Shown here: positions 62,641 through 64,000 of the stretch, one piece after another
How positions within the stretch are numbered: the stretch's first letter is position 1
Layout: each line of letters opens with the position of its first letter
NCBI GenBank assembly: GCA_017418275.1
Contig: JAFONX010000011.1
Coordinates: forward strand, 2,050-66,049
Length of the DNA stretch: 64,000 nt
Direction of reading: 5' to 3'
DNA from: Candidatus Saccharimonadota bacterium
Lineage (GTDB): Bacteria > Patescibacteriota > Saccharimonadia > Saccharimonadales > Saccharimonadaceae
The notes under the pieces: model-generated
What the model was told of the DNA's origin: nothing
What the model saw: only the letters and a program-made list of their open reading frames with translations
Databases searched by the model: none
Translations under genes and position numbers: made by a program

Positions 62641-63001
62641 TTACTCCTTATCCCCTGCGAAGACCTTTTATGAAACTACTAGGTATGCACCCTTTTCAAA
62701 ATAATCAATTGCATGGTTGTGGACTGGCGTATCGACCACCCCGAATACACCGCTAAAATCAAGGTTATACCCAGGAAAGATTATCCGGCGCTAATGCCGT
62801 GCGAGTTCTGAGGTATACATATACGGGCAACGGGATTCGAACTTTTAAGATGATACAGCTTTATTGGAGCCGCAGAGACTTAAAACAATGACATTAGAGG
62901 AAATAAAAGCAATGCAATATTAATGGTATAGATTTCGCAACTTAGCGTTTAAAATTATCTAAAACATTTATTTTTAACGTAAAATTTGATATAATAGAAG
63001 C

Positions 63002-63898
63002 ATGATTAATCAAGTTACAAAAGATAGAATTAATAGCTTGTCCGAAGAATATCGCAAGCTAGTTATTCGGCATAAAGAAGCCATAAAGGAGTTCGCTATT
63101 TCCGAACTTCCAGAAATGGTTTACAATTCCAATGCTATTGAGAATTCTACTCTTACGCTTGAAGACACTGAGGATATCCTGATTCGCAACCAAATCCGTA
63201 CCGATCATGAGATTCGCGAGATTTATGAAGCAAAGAACCTCGCTAGTGCCATAGAATATCTGATGGATAACCCAGAAAAAGAGATTTCAGTAGAGTTAAT
63301 CTTGAAACTACATAAAACCCTACTTACAAATATCCGTGACGAGATCGCCGGTCGTTTCCGTTCCGGTAAAGAGTGGGTACGTGTCGGTACGCATATTGGC
63401 GCCAATCCAGAATTCGTAAACGGTTTTATGCATGATTTGGTTAGAGATTATAACTCCAGTAACGATGAATATTTCTTGAAAAAAATTGCATACTTCCACG
63501 CAGAATTCGAAAACATTCACCCATTCGGTGATGGTAATGGTCGCATTGGACGTTTGCTTACAAACGAGCAATTAGACATGCTCGGTTTGCCGCCAATTAT
63601 TATCCCGAATAAATCGAAATTCGATGAATACTACCCTGCTCTTGACGAATATACAAAAACCAATAAAGCAGATAAGCTAACTGAGCTATTTGCGAGCCTA
63701 TTAATTGAAGCGCTATATCGCCGTATTACTAAGCTTACAGCCAAGAAGATTATTCCAGTTGCCGACTGGGCCAAGAATAATGGCACAAATCTCCAATCTG
63801 CAACCAATAAGGCTATTCGCGGAACCATACCAGCATTTAGAGTTAGAGGGCATTGGATGATTGATGGAGAATACCGAGGACAAGTTGATGGTAACTAA
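63002..63898 (+). CDS. Class II Fic-domain protein (AMPylase family) with an N-terminal inhibitory helix motif
   Basis: The Fic motif HPFGDGNGRIGR (nt 63518-63553) matches HxFx(D/E)GNGRxxR. The alpha-inh motif SNAIEN (nt 63128-63145) matches (S/T)xxxE(G/N). TGaTATAAT lies 6 nt before the ATG. Confidence 0.85.
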   Translation: MINQVTKDRINSLSEEYRKLVIRHKEAIKEFAISELPEMVYNSNAIENSTLTLEDTEDILIRNQIRTDHEIREIYEAKNLASAIEYLMDNPEKEISVELILKLHKTLLTNIRDEIAGRFRSGKEWVRVGTHIGANPEFVNGFMHDLVRDYNSSNDEYFLKKIAYFHAEFENIHPFGDGNGRIGRLLTNEQLDMLGLPPIIIPNKSKFDEYYPALDEYTKTNKADKLTELFASLLIEALYRRITKLTAKKIIPVADWAKNNGTNLQSATNKAIRGTIPAFRVRGHWMIDGEYRGQVDGN

Positions 63899-64000
63899 GA
63901 AGACAAAACACAGTGAAATTATAATAGACTAAATAAAAAATAAGACTTCCGTTTCCGATGCGTTATATCAATTAAAAATACTACTATCTGATCTTGGTGA

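Noticed and set aside
62821-62842. tRNA gene on the minus strand
   Set aside because: Only a T-loop, T-stem and acceptor 3'-half-like 22-mer is present. There is no complementary 5' acceptor strand, D arm or anticodon arm. At best it is an integration scar and it could be chance.
1-64000. Prophage, transposon or integrative element with recognisable integrase, transposase or terminal inverted repeats; rRNA operon; CRISPR-cas
   Set aside because: No recombinase-like, capsid, terminase or cas motifs, and no long terminal repeats, were seen in any frame of the ORF track or in the intergenic regions.

Overview
This is a gene-dense 64-kb bacterial chromosomal window that uses the standard genetic code (TGA, TAA and TAG all terminate well-supported genes). 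I support about 62 CDS, one tRNA-Trp, two candidate structured RNAs, many rho-independent terminators and several promoter or operator sites. I found no rRNA, CRISPR array, transposase or integrase.

Positions 0-52 kb are mainly housekeeping genes: pheS-pheT, rpsB-tsf, dnaK with two CIRCE operators, secA, hpf, serS, rpmE2, lepB, a MurF-like ligase, htrA, sbcB, rmuC, queH and zur-znuACB. The same stretch holds a TM287/288- or BmrCD-type heterodimeric ABC exporter and a glycogen-synthase/GH57 pair. Mixed in are orphan genes, an aquaporin with a ~143-residue poly-Asp/Glu N-terminal tract, and a 1408-aa surface protein with an internally duplicated ~400-aa module. The gene content, the Lys-rich protein tails and the abundance of apparently leaderless genes fit a reduced-genome Gram-positive-type lineage such as Saccharibacteria/CPR. 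That assignment is inference only.

Positions 52.6-64 kb look accessory. They encode a secreted phage-tail-lysozyme-like protein, Cys-rich and zinc-ribbon orphans, gene remnants, a DpnD/PcfM-like gene and a class II Fic protein.

The best candidate for an undescribed system lies in this accessory region. It is two divergently arranged two-gene modules. In each, a small NTP pyrophosphohydrolase (Nudix fold in one, MazG fold in the other) is translationally coupled to a paralogous PD-(D/E)xK + DUF2075/Schlafen-type P-loop helicase.

All functional calls come from motif recognition by eye. No database search was possible.
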